Source of the DNA: Bacteroidota bacterium
Lineage (GTDB): Bacteria; Bacteroidota; Bacteroidia; B-17B0; Aurantibacillaceae
Assembly: GCA_016194985.1 (NCBI GenBank)
Contig: JACQAK010000150.1
Location: 236 to 64,235, forward strand
DNA: 64,000 nt
Direction: 5' to 3'
Positions 39,707 to 49,385 of the stretch are shown piece after piece. How positions within the stretch are numbered: the first letter of the stretch is position 1; each line of letters starts with the position of its first letter. Made by a program: the position numbers and the translations under genes. The notes under the pieces are model-generated. The model had not been told where the DNA came from. It searched no databases and saw nothing but the letters and a program-made list of their open reading frames with translations.

Positions 39707-40120
39707 ATGAGTTTAGTTACAAAAAAACTATTAGACGAACTTACTTACGAAATAGTTGGTTCTGCTATTGAAGTTCATAAAGAGCTTGGTCCTGGCTTAT
39801 TAGAATCGATATATCATAAGTGTTTAAAAAAAGAATTATCCTTAAGAGGGATAGATTTTAAATCTGAGTTTTCTGTTCCTTTACTATATAAAAGCGAACC
39901 TCTTGAAACTGACTTAAGATGCGATTTATTGATAGAAAATCAAATTGTAGTAGAGTTGAAAGCTGTTGAAACTATGTTGCCTATATTTGAAGCGCAGCTT
40001 CTAACTTATATGAAACTACTTGAAGTGCCAAAAGGTATTTTAATAAACTTCAATGTCAAAAATATTTTTCATGAAGGTCAAAAAACTTTTGTAAATGATT
40101 ATTTTAAACTTTTATCCTAA
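39707..40120 (+). CDS. GxxExxY family protein (PD-(D/E)XK nuclease-like)
   Basis: 137 aa with IVGSAIEVHKELGPGLLESIYHKCL, the GxxExxY signature, and D..IENQIVVELK, a D-ExK-like motif. Confidence 0.85.
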   Translation: MSLVTKKLLDELTYEIVGSAIEVHKELGPGLLESIYHKCLKKELSLRGIDFKSEFSVPLLYKSEPLETDLRCDLLIENQIVVELKAVETMLPIFEAQLLTYMKLLEVPKGILINFNVKNIFHEGQKTFVNDYFKLLS

Positions 40121-40138
40121 TTAATAAAACTAAAAAAT

Positions 40139-40161
40139 TATGTGCCTATGTGTTTAAAAAG
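40139..40161. repeat. Right inverted repeat flanking the GxxExxY gene, overlapping the DPP4 start codon
   Basis: tatgtgcctatgtgtttaaaaag is the partner of 39671-39693. It contains the ATG at 40148-40150. Confidence 0.8.
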
Positions 40162-42307
40162 CAAGCTTAAAACAACTCTTTTTATAATTACCATATTCTG
40201 CTCAACATATACTGTTGCGCAAGAAAAACTACTTACCATTCAGGAAGCTGTATTAAAAGGCCGCACAAGCTTAGCGCCAAAACGTTTGGCTTCGCTAAAT
40301 TTCATTCCGGGAACTGCTAAATTTTCTTATATCGATAATAACATCGTTAAAGTAGGAGATAATACCTCAGGAAAAACAACGGATGTTTTGTCGTTAAAAG
40401 AATTAAACACTCAATTAAAATCTTCCGGAAAAGATACTTTAGCTGCCTTAAGTGCTATTACTTGGAAAAATGCTAATCAATTTTATTTCGCTAATAAAAA
40501 GGGAGAATTAATTTATTCGCTGGATAAAAAAGTCATTTCGGAAACAGATAAAAAGGATGAGTCTGCTAATTTAGAGGAGTATTTAAAAGAACCTGTAACC
40601 GGCGCTTACTCCTATTGCAAAAACTACAATCTCTATGTTGTAAAAGACGGCAAGGAAACTCAGGTAACAACCGATGGTTCGTATGAAATAGTGTACACCG
40701 GAAAAAATGTACATCAAAACGAATTTGGCATTGATGGAAAAAATTTCTGGAGCCCAAAAGGAAATTATCTGGCATTTTACAGAATGGATCAGTCTCCTGT
40801 AACAGATTATCCTATTATTGACTGGACAACACATCCTGCTAAAAATGTGAACATAAAATATCCTATGGCCGGAAGTAAAAGCCACCATGTTACTTTAGGC
40901 ATTTATGATGTGAAAACAAATAAAACCATTTATGCAAAAACAGAAGGGGACAAAGAACAATACTTAACGAACATTGCCTGGAGTCCTGATGAGAAGCACG
41001 TTTATATTGCCGTCTTGAGCCGTACTCAAAATGACATGAAACTAAATGAATATGACGCAACAACCGGAAACTTTGTGCGCACATTATTTGAAGAACACGA
41101 CGATAAATACACCGAACCTTTACATCCTATGTTATTTGTGAAGAACAACCCTTCGCAATTCATCTGGCAAAGCCGTAAAGATGGTTACAACCATTTTTAT
41201 CTGTATAATATCAACGGCACATTGATTAAACAATTAACCAAAGGTGCCTGGGAAGTAAAAGCCGAAAATGGTTTTGATGAAAAAGGGGAACGTTTGTTCT
41301 TTCATGCCAATGACCAAAGCCCTGTTAATCAGGACTTTTACAGTGTTAATTTAAAAAGCGGAGAAGTAAAACGGTTAACTTATGGTAACGGTTTTCACAC
41401 CTGCGTATTAGATGAAAAAGCAAATTACTTCATAGATAATTTCTCAAGCGTAAATATTCCCAGAGAATATAATATCATCCAAACAGCCACTAAAAAAGCC
41501 GTAAATTTTTATAAAGCAGAAAACCCGATCAAAGACTACAAATCAGGAAGCTGGAATTTATTTACAATCAAAAACAGTGAAGGCACTGATTTGTATTGCC
41601 GTTTATTTAAACCGGTTAATTTCGACTCCACCAAAAAATATCCCGTATTAGTATATCTATACAATGGCCCACATTCGCAAATGGTAACTAATACCTGGAT
41701 GGCGGGTGGCGAATTATGGTATCAATACATGGCAGAAAAAGGGTTCATGGTATTTACATTAGACGGTAGAGGAACGTCCTATAGAGGAAAAGCTTTTGAA
41801 CAGGCAACACACAGACAGCTAGGTACCAAAGAAATGGAAGATCAATTGAAAGGTGTGGAATATCTAAAATCCTTAGCTTATGTGGATGCCGGAAGAATTG
41901 GTGTTCACGGATGGAGCTTTGGTGGGTTTATGACCACAACCTTAATGACGCGTTCGCCGGGAACATTTAAAGTAGGTGCCGCCGGTGGACCTGTCATCGA
42001 TTGGACTTACTACGAGATCATGTATACAGAGCGTTATATGGATTCACCACAGGATAATAAAGAAGGTTACGATAAAAATAATTTATTGAACTATGTAGAT
42101 AAATTAAAAGGAAAATTATTGATGATCCACGGAGCACAGGATCCTGTGGTGGTATGGCAACACAGTATTCTATATCAAAAGAAAGCCGTTGATAAAGGCA
42201 TCCAGTTAGATTACTATGTATATCCGGGACATGAGCATAATGTACTTGGAAAAGACAGAGCACATTTAATGGAAAAAATTACAAATTATTTTATTGAGAA
42301 TTTATAG
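40148..42307 (+). CDS. S9B family dipeptidyl-peptidase IV
   Basis: The signal peptide is MCLKSKLKTTLFIITIFCSTYTVAQ. An N-terminal beta-propeller region is followed by the catalytic motif GWSFGG, with Asp/His near HGAQDPVV and GHEH. Confidence 0.88.
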   Translation: MCLKSKLKTTLFIITIFCSTYTVAQEKLLTIQEAVLKGRTSLAPKRLASLNFIPGTAKFSYIDNNIVKVGDNTSGKTTDVLSLKELNTQLKSSGKDTLAALSAITWKNANQFYFANKKGELIYSLDKKVISETDKKDESANLEEYLKEPVTGAYSYCKNYNLYVVKDGKETQVTTDGSYEIVYTGKNVHQNEFGIDGKNFWSPKGNYLAFYRMDQSPVTDYPIIDWTTHPAKNVNIKYPMAGSKSHHVTLGIYDVKTNKTIYAKTEGDKEQYLTNIAWSPDEKHVYIAVLSRTQNDMKLNEYDATTGNFVRTLFEEHDDKYTEPLHPMLFVKNNPSQFIWQSRKDGYNHFYLYNINGTLIKQLTKGAWEVKAENGFDEKGERLFFHANDQSPVNQDFYSVNLKSGEVKRLTYGNGFHTCVLDEKANYFIDNFSSVNIPREYNIIQTATKKAVNFYKAENPIKDYKSGSWNLFTIKNSEGTDLYCRLFKPVNFDSTKKYPVLVYLYNGPHSQMVTNTWMAGGELWYQYMAEKGFMVFTLDGRGTSYRGKAFEQATHRQLGTKEMEDQLKGVEYLKSLAYVDAGRIGVHGWSFGGFMTTTLMTRSPGTFKVGAAGGPVIDWTYYEIMYTERYMDSPQDNKEGYDKNNLLNYVDKLKGKLLMIHGAQDPVVVWQHSILYQKKAVDKGIQLDYYVYPGHEHNVLGKDRAHLMEKITNYFIENL

Positions 42308-42404
42308 AACTAGATTTAAGATAAAAAACATCAGAAGAAAGATTATTTACTTCTAATTCAAAATTATCTAATAACAAAAAACTTACTTCAAACAACTATT
42401 TTAA

Positions 42405-43655
42405 ATGGACTTTACAACCTATAAACACACAGTAACTGAGCGTTTCATCCGTTACGCCAAAATTGATACGCAATCTGATCCTAATTCTTCTACTGTTCCA
42501 AGTACAATGAAACAAAAAAATTTAGGTAAATTATTAGTGGAAGAATTAACCGCCATGGGCATCACAGATGCTGAGCTGGATCAATACGGTTATGTGTATG
42601 CCACTATTCCATCTAATACAACAAAACAAGTTCCTGTCATTTGTTTTTGTTCGCACATGGATACATCGCCTGATTGCAGTGGCGAAAATGTAAATCCAAT
42701 TATTCATACAAAGTATGATGGAAAAGATATCGTATTACCCAATGATAAAAACCAAATCATCAAATTTACCGAACATCCTGATCTGGCTGCACAAATTGGC
42801 AATGATATTATTACCACTGATGGCACAACCTTATTAGGTGCTGATAATAAATCCGGCCTTGCCGAAATTATGGATGCTGCTCATTATTTAATGACTCATC
42901 CTGAAATAAAGCATGGCGCTATCCGAATTTTATTTACACCTGATGAAGAAATCAGCAGAGGAACGGATCATGTTGACATGAAAAAACTAGGTGCTCAATA
43001 TGGTTATACTATGGATGGCGAAAGTTTAGGACACCTGGAAAATGAAACCTTTAGTGCGGATGGTGTAACTATCACTATTCATGGTATTCCTACACACCCC
43101 GGCTTTGCAAAAGATAAAATGGAACACTCCATTAAAATTGCAGCCGACATCATTAACCGTATTCCGAAAGATAAAACTCCGGAAACCACTGAAAAGAAAC
43201 AACCTTTCATGCATCCTGTTGCCATTAACGGCGGTTTAGAGAAAGTAGAGATCAATTTTATCATACGTGCCTTTGATACTGCCACTCTGAAAGCATTAGA
43301 AACCGAATTAGAAGAGATTACCAAATCTGTTTTATCCAATTATAAAAAATCAAGCTACGAATTTAAAGTAACAGAACAATACCGCAACATGAAAGATGTT
43401 TTGGACACTTGTTATTTTGTAGTTGAAAATGCATTGGAAGCTATCAAACGTACAGGCGTTACTCCGGTATTATCAAGCATTCGCGGAGGAACAGACGGTT
43501 CGCGTTTATCCTTTATGGGGTTACCTTGCCCTAATATTTATGCGGGGGAACATGCTTTCCATAGCAAGCTGGAATGGGTTAGTGTGCAGGACATGGAAAA
43601 AGCCACACAAACCATTGTGCATCTGGCAATGATCTGGGAAGAGAATGCAAACTAA
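42405..43655 (+). CDS. pepT: Peptidase T (tripeptide aminopeptidase, M20B)
   Basis: 416 aa with FIRYAKIDTQSD, CSHMDTSPD, LGADNKSG and PDEEI. Confidence 0.9.
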   Translation: MDFTTYKHTVTERFIRYAKIDTQSDPNSSTVPSTMKQKNLGKLLVEELTAMGITDAELDQYGYVYATIPSNTTKQVPVICFCSHMDTSPDCSGENVNPIIHTKYDGKDIVLPNDKNQIIKFTEHPDLAAQIGNDIITTDGTTLLGADNKSGLAEIMDAAHYLMTHPEIKHGAIRILFTPDEEISRGTDHVDMKKLGAQYGYTMDGESLGHLENETFSADGVTITIHGIPTHPGFAKDKMEHSIKIAADIINRIPKDKTPETTEKKQPFMHPVAINGGLEKVEINFIIRAFDTATLKALETELEEITKSVLSNYKKSSYEFKVTEQYRNMKDVLDTCYFVVENALEAIKRTGVTPVLSSIRGGTDGSRLSFMGLPCPNIYAGEHAFHSKLEWVSVQDMEKATQTIVHLAMIWEENAN

Positions 43656-43672
43656 TAGATCTTCATTAAATT

Positions 43673-43706
43673 AAAAAGCATCCGCCGGTTGACGGATGCT
43701 TTTTTT
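43673..43706. terminator. Bidirectional intrinsic terminator between convergent genes
   Basis: The hairpin gcatccg-ccggttga-cggatgc is flanked by A5 on the left and T7 on the right. Confidence 0.8.
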
Positions 43707-43734
43707 ATTAAGCTATATCACATGAAAAAACTAA

Positions 43735-44436
43735 CTACTGCTTAATAATTTTATACGTACTTTGATCATTCCCTGAATGTACTCTGATAAAGTATATACC
43801 TTCCGCAAATTCTGCTAAAGAAATTTTACTTTCTGTCGAATCAAGCAAAACGGTTTTTAATACTCTTCCCTCAACTGATTGTATATCCGCTTTAAGTCCG
43901 GATTTCAACTCACTTAAACGAATGGTGACCATATCTTTCACAGGATTAGGAAAAACAGATGTTTCCGAAAGTAGATTTTCTTCAATTCCTGTGCAACTTG
44001 TAACACTAACTGTAACAGCAGTTTGAACCATACAGGTACCGCTTGCTACTGATACTGTATAGCTGACTGCACCACTGCTCAATGTTGGTGTAATAGCACT
44101 TGCTGTGCTTATTACCAAACCATTTACAACAGTCCATGAATAAGAAGATGCTGACACCGGCGATATAGCTGTTACCGTAAGTGGCACGCCAGGGCATGTT
44201 ACGGCAGGGTTAGGCGTAATAGTAACATCACCTGCTGTTAATAATTGAACCATAGCCGTATCAGTAGGAATTGAGGAGCATAAGTTTGAATAAGTACATA
44301 CATAAGCTCCTGTATTTGTATTATTCAGCGATGGAATGCTAAGTGTTGGGCTTGTTTGCCCGTTCAGGATATTTCCGTTTAAATACCATTGGTAAGAAAC
44401 AGCTTCCGGAGAAAATGATGTGGCATTTAATGTCAC
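43735..44436 (-). pseudogene. Ig-like domains plus T9SS type A CTD, C-terminal piece of a split cargo gene
   Basis: 233 aa from a GTG with no signal peptide. It has Ig-type units (YQWYLNG...TGAYVC) and the CTD FPNPVKDMVTIRL...GIYFIRVHS. Its frame opens only 26 codons upstream of the GTG and is offset from the upstream ORF. Confidence 0.6.
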
Positions 44437-44453
44437 ACTGCCCGTATTACAGG

Positions 44454-46775
44454 CTACATGGAACCCGCTGACATGGTATTGGTTAATACACCATTCAGAA
44501 AAAATTTCATAGTATTGGTACCATCATACGTAAATGCGATGTGTTGCCATGTATTAATGATTGGTGTAACAGATGTATTAAACACACTCCCTGTGTTTAA
44601 AATAAATCTGTATACGCTTCCATTAACATCAACATAATAACTTCCGTTTTTTTCAATAATACGCTGGTTGCCGGCAGATGTTGGCTTAAGCCACATGGCA
44701 AAAGTTGTAGCACTTCCATTGTTATACATTGCAGGATCATTGTTCATGTAGAGGTAAGAACTTGTACCGTTAAAATTAAGGGCTTTATTGGCATTATTAT
44801 CCTTATCTGCTACGCTTGAAACTCCCGATGTAAAAGGAAGATTTTTATTGTTTCCACTGAAATCTGTTCCAATAGCATTGTTAAATGCGTAATAAGAATA
44901 TAACCAGGAGTTGGAAACAGTAACTATATTTCTTTGTACAACATTAAAAGCAGCAGGAATTGATGTCACGCAGTTATGAACCACTTCGCATGAATAGGTG
45001 TCATAATCAGAAGCCGACAGGTTGCTGATTGTTAAGGTTGGGGTTAAAGCGCCACTAATATTTCCACCATTAGCTATGGCAACGCCATTTTTTTTCCAAA
45101 TAATATCCGGTGAAGAAGCAGAAGCAACTAAAATAGCATTTTGCCCCAAACATAGTGCACTGTTTGAAGGAGATACAATCACATCAGCCGCTTGTATCAT
45201 ATCCGTAATTTCCTGCTGTGAAATAGCCCTTGAATAAAAACGCACATCATTCATGCTGCCATAATAATCAGACGTATTGGATTGGTCTTTCCCAATCGTA
45301 AAAGCCGACGTGTTTGATACAACACTACCTGAGTATGGTACTGTTTGATCTAAAACACCATTTAAATAAATTTTCATATTAGTTCCGTCGTAAGTTGCCG
45401 CTACATGATACCATGTATTAATATCTACAGTAGAGGTGCTGGTTGCTAATGCCGAACCGCAAAAAAATCGGATATGGTACGCATTTATATCTAATATTAA
45501 TCCATTTGATCCGCTGTATTTATCAATCAACCTATGCCCAATTGAACTATTTGCCGATAAAATAGAAGGTTTGAACCAACAGGATAATGATAGCTGATTG
45601 GTAACATTCATGATATTATTATGAGGTGTTAGAGTCTTGGCATTGTAAAAGTCCAAAGCACTGTTAGGGCTATTGTTTTGATCTGTTGCTGTTCCGTAGC
45701 TACCTACCAGTGTTGCATCCAAACTATTTCCGCTTATATCTTTTCCCAATTGATTATTAAACGGATAATTCAAAATCAGCCCCGCATTATTTAAAGTTGT
45801 CAGAGACACTGTATTAACTGCAATAGTTTGAGAAAGTGCAGAAATGCAATTCGGAGAAAATGCTTCCAGCTGATAGGTTCCTGTTTCAGGAACTCCTCCG
45901 TTAGTAATAATAAGTGTATTAGTAGTTGTTCCGGAATATATACTGTTATCCGAAAGATAAGCAGACCCCTTTTTCCATTTATAGGTAGCAACGGTTCCTG
46001 AGCAAACGGCATGTGCACTAATCGTAGTGCGATTAATACACATGTTTACTGATGCCGGAGGTTGCACATCAAACTCAGGCGATTGATAAAGATCCACGAT
46101 CTCTGTTGCACTTAATGACCTTCCATAAATTTTAATATCATCAATGCCACCTGCAAATGGGTTTGCTCCTGTTTGATCCAAACCAATTTTCATAGGACTT
46201 GTATTAGTCACTAAATTACCAGTAATGGAGGTAGATGTTGTTTTTAGTACTCCATTAACATATAAACAGGTTGTCGTTCCGTCGTAAGTAGCTGCCACAT
46301 GAAACCAGGTATTTAATGCAATTCCCGGTGAAGCCTGAACAGAACCGGAAGCAACAAAAAAACGTAAATTTCCACCATTCAAGTCTAACAAAAAATTTCC
46401 TGTAGCAGAGCCGTTGATTTTATCAATGATTCGTTTTACTCCACTGAAATTATTGACTTTAATCCATGTGGCTAAAGTAATTTGATTGGTGAAATCAAGC
46501 GCAGAATTATGCGCAACTGTTCCGCCTGAATTAAAACTACCGCTAAGTGTAATGGCATTAGGGCCAATATTATTGTGATCATTAGTACTACTGGTTAAAA
46601 CCAGAGTAGCATTCAGATTGTTTCCACTGATATCCGCCCCACTTCCATTTGTAAATGGCATATTAAACACCAGATTATTGGTTGATACCGAGTTGGAACT
46701 TGCACATTGAGCTGTAGCTGCTTGTTTTGATAACAGTGTTGCAACTGTTGAAAATAGTAATAAGAATTTTTTCAT
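44454..46775 (-). CDS. Secreted LamG(x3)/Ig-like repeat protein, C-terminally truncated (N-terminal piece of a split T9SS cargo gene)
   Basis: The start is taken at MKKFLLLFSTVATLL (46775). Three concanavalin/LamG-like units contain W.HVA.TYDG....YLNGVL, each followed by an Ig-like unit. The third LamG unit stops prematurely at ...FLNGVLTNTMSAGSM. Confidence 0.7.
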   Translation of the reverse strand: MKKFLLLFSTVATLLSKQAATAQCASSNSVSTNNLVFNMPFTNGSGADISGNNLNATLVLTSSTNDHNNIGPNAITLSGSFNSGGTVAHNSALDFTNQITLATWIKVNNFSGVKRIIDKINGSATGNFLLDLNGGNLRFFVASGSVQASPGIALNTWFHVAATYDGTTTCLYVNGVLKTTSTSITGNLVTNTSPMKIGLDQTGANPFAGGIDDIKIYGRSLSATEIVDLYQSPEFDVQPPASVNMCINRTTISAHAVCSGTVATYKWKKGSAYLSDNSIYSGTTTNTLIITNGGVPETGTYQLEAFSPNCISALSQTIAVNTVSLTTLNNAGLILNYPFNNQLGKDISGNSLDATLVGSYGTATDQNNSPNSALDFYNAKTLTPHNNIMNVTNQLSLSCWFKPSILSANSSIGHRLIDKYSGSNGLILDINAYHIRFFCGSALATSTSTVDINTWYHVAATYDGTNMKIYLNGVLDQTVPYSGSVVSNTSAFTIGKDQSNTSDYYGSMNDVRFYSRAISQQEITDMIQAADVIVSPSNSALCLGQNAILVASASSPDIIWKKNGVAIANGGNISGALTPTLTISNLSASDYDTYSCEVVHNCVTSIPAAFNVVQRNIVTVSNSWLYSYYAFNNAIGTDFSGNNKNLPFTSGVSSVADKDNNANKALNFNGTSSYLYMNNDPAMYNNGSATTFAMWLKPTSAGNQRIIEKNGSYYVDVNGSVYRFILNTGSVFNTSVTPIINTWQHIAFTYDGTNTMKFFLNGVLTNTMSAGSM

Positions 46776-46839
46776 GATTGATTTACGTGATAATGGAAAC
46801 AAATCAGCAAGTTCGACGGAACTTGCTGATTTTATCTGT

Positions 46840-49296
46840 TTATTGTCGGATGATTTTTTGAATAACAGAGCGTTCTCCTGTTTTAAGGGTTAAAAAATAA
46901 ACTCCACTATGAAGATCTGTCATATTTAACTGTTCATGCAAAGATTGTACAGGGTGTGATAAAATAATTCTTCCGGTCACATCTGTCAATTCAATCGTTG
47001 TATGATTTGATAACGAAACAAGGTCGATAAATAATATGCCCGAATTAGGATTTGGATAAATTGAAATTTCACTGCTATTAGATTGCTCATCAATTCCTGT
47101 GCAAGGGCTTACAACAACAACCACAGAACTTTGTGCAGTACAAGTTCCATTAGATCCTGTAACAACAAATGTATTTGTTGCTACGGGTCCTTGAGTGTAT
47201 GATGCGTTATAGCCTATTAAACCATAATTAACGGATGACCAGGTAAATGTAGTAGCTGTTCCTGAAGCTGATAGGGTAAATGTGTTGGTGGGTCCGGTAC
47301 AAACTAAAGTAGATGTGGAATTAGCAACAACAACAGGTAAAGGATTTACATTTACGGTTGCAGAGGCTTTCCATAAACAATATGTATCATTAACTATGGC
47401 CGTATAGGTTGTAGACGTTGTAGGGGTAAATACCTGTTGATACATGTTTGGCCCTGTTACTATATTACCCGGCATCCAGGTATAAGTGGTTGATGGCCCA
47501 TAAAAATTTCCTGTTAAAGTAACAGAACTTCCGCTACAAGCTGTGTTTGTAGATGCATTAACGGTTAAAGATGATGTCCCTATATTTCCATACACAAAGT
47601 CAAATACCTGCTCACATTTTGTAACCGTATCCTTCACCAATAATTTTCCTCCGTAATAGGCATACGTTGGGTTCGTTGTAATAGCAGTCATCGAATTACC
47701 AGCAACTGCAGCTCCATTTAAATTATAGAATGTATACTTTACATTTGTACTTGGCGTGGCAATAGCTGTAAAAACAGGGTTTTGTGCATTACATCCATTT
47801 GCATCAAACCTGTTAGGCTGACTTAGTTGTGATAAACTGATCCCATCTTGTTTCATAGATACCGTATACGTTGATGTACAGAAATGCTTATTCAAAAACA
47901 TATCGCTTCCCGAAACCGAAGAAGAAAACAATCCTGTTGCCCAGATTCTTCCATCCACATCCAAACTGATATCTGCAGCATTATCATTAGCTGTTGAAAT
48001 ACCATCATGATATAACCAGCTACAGGTTCCTGTTAATACATTATAAGCGGCATAAAAATAATCTGTAGTACTTGTGCTGTTACTGGCAGCCGTAAATGTA
48101 CCCACACTACCTATATTAAAATTACAAGGCTGAGCCACAGTTCCCATGTATTGACCGCTTACTAACACATTTCCACTATTGTCAAAAGTTCCGCCCCAGG
48201 TTTCATCAAGTGTACCGGATGTTCCAACAGGTTTTGCCCATTGGCAAACCAGATTTGTATCATACACTGCAATGAATCCATCTTTTGATGCTCCGTTTGT
48301 AGACACAGATACATTAGGAGTGGCTAAATATCCGTTCATATTAATGGCAGTACCCGAAATAGATCCGAATAACGCCAAACGATTGCCTTTTACCTCAATT
48401 CCCCTTGAATAGTCATTGTTTCCATTGCTACCAATTACTTTGGCATTTACGAGTGTTCCATTCAATCTGAATTTCGCTAATAGAATGTCAAAAGAGCCTC
48501 CATTCGTTGTTACGGTATAAGTGGGGCCGGCCGGATTGATATTCAAATTGGAGCCTGCTGCCTGTGATGCCAGATAAACGTTATTATTATCCACACAAAC
48601 ACTGTGGTAGTTATATCCACCAACAGGAATGATTCTGTGCCAAATGTAATTTCCGTTTGTTGTTAGCTTAAGTAAAAAAGAGTTGCCATAAATACTAAAG
48701 GAAGCCGAAGCGTTACCGGGCTCAAAATCAACTATACCGGCACCGGTTCCGTCATTATAACCGGTTACATATACATCACCGTTAGCGTCCACCGCAATCC
48801 CGGTCCCGTATTCAAAACCGGAAGAGCCCACTACTTTGGCCCACTGCAAAACACCTGCATTAGAATATTTTGCAACAGCAATATTTTGTGAACCCAGTGT
48901 ATTGGTACCTACACTTGAAATACCCGTACTTCCAAAATAAGCAATCGTTCCCTGAGAAGAACCTACTATATAAATATTTCCTGCTGCATCAGTAGCTACC
49001 TGTGCTACACTTGTATTACCACCCAACGGCGAATACCAAATATTAACCCCCGCTTCATTGTACTTGCCCACAAACGTACTTGTAGATGTTTGGATTTTAA
49101 AGGGATTTGGATTGATGTTTCCGGACGAGCCTGCCAGAGCAACTTCTGCATTTGGTAATGCAACAACAGATGTTCCAAAATCGGTGGTGGTAGATGCACC
49201 TTTGTAAATATTAGAAAACGACAAATTAGGAGCTTGTGCATTTAACTGAACACAGCCAAAGACCAATGCTGAAATAGAAAGTAATAGTTTTTTCAT
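46840..49296 (-). CDS. SBBP beta-propeller-repeat protein with Ig-like domains and T9SS type A CTD
   Basis: 818 aa with signal peptide ending LNAQ. Repeated D..GN.Y..G motifs are present. The C-terminus is IYPNPNSGILFIDL...GVYFLTLKT. Confidence 0.8.
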   Translation of the reverse strand: MKKLLLSISALVFGCVQLNAQAPNLSFSNIYKGASTTTDFGTSVVALPNAEVALAGSSGNINPNPFKIQTSTSTFVGKYNEAGVNIWYSPLGGNTSVAQVATDAAGNIYIVGSSQGTIAYFGSTGISSVGTNTLGSQNIAVAKYSNAGVLQWAKVVGSSGFEYGTGIAVDANGDVYVTGYNDGTGAGIVDFEPGNASASFSIYGNSFLLKLTTNGNYIWHRIIPVGGYNYHSVCVDNNNVYLASQAAGSNLNINPAGPTYTVTTNGGSFDILLAKFRLNGTLVNAKVIGSNGNNDYSRGIEVKGNRLALFGSISGTAINMNGYLATPNVSVSTNGASKDGFIAVYDTNLVCQWAKPVGTSGTLDETWGGTFDNSGNVLVSGQYMGTVAQPCNFNIGSVGTFTAASNSTSTTDYFYAAYNVLTGTCSWLYHDGISTANDNAADISLDVDGRIWATGLFSSSVSGSDMFLNKHFCTSTYTVSMKQDGISLSQLSQPNRFDANGCNAQNPVFTAIATPSTNVKYTFYNLNGAAVAGNSMTAITTNPTYAYYGGKLLVKDTVTKCEQVFDFVYGNIGTSSLTVNASTNTACSGSSVTLTGNFYGPSTTYTWMPGNIVTGPNMYQQVFTPTTSTTYTAIVNDTYCLWKASATVNVNPLPVVVANSTSTLVCTGPTNTFTLSASGTATTFTWSSVNYGLIGYNASYTQGPVATNTFVVTGSNGTCTAQSSVVVVVSPCTGIDEQSNSSEISIYPNPNSGILFIDLVSLSNHTTIELTDVTGRIILSHPVQSLHEQLNMTDLHSGVYFLTLKTGERSVIQKIIRQ

Positions 49297-49385
49297 GATG
49301 TTTTTTTGAGTAAATGTAGTTTAGTCAAAAAGCATAAAAATTATTCAGTTAGTAAAAGTGGGTTTTGGGTTAGACAAGTCCGATT

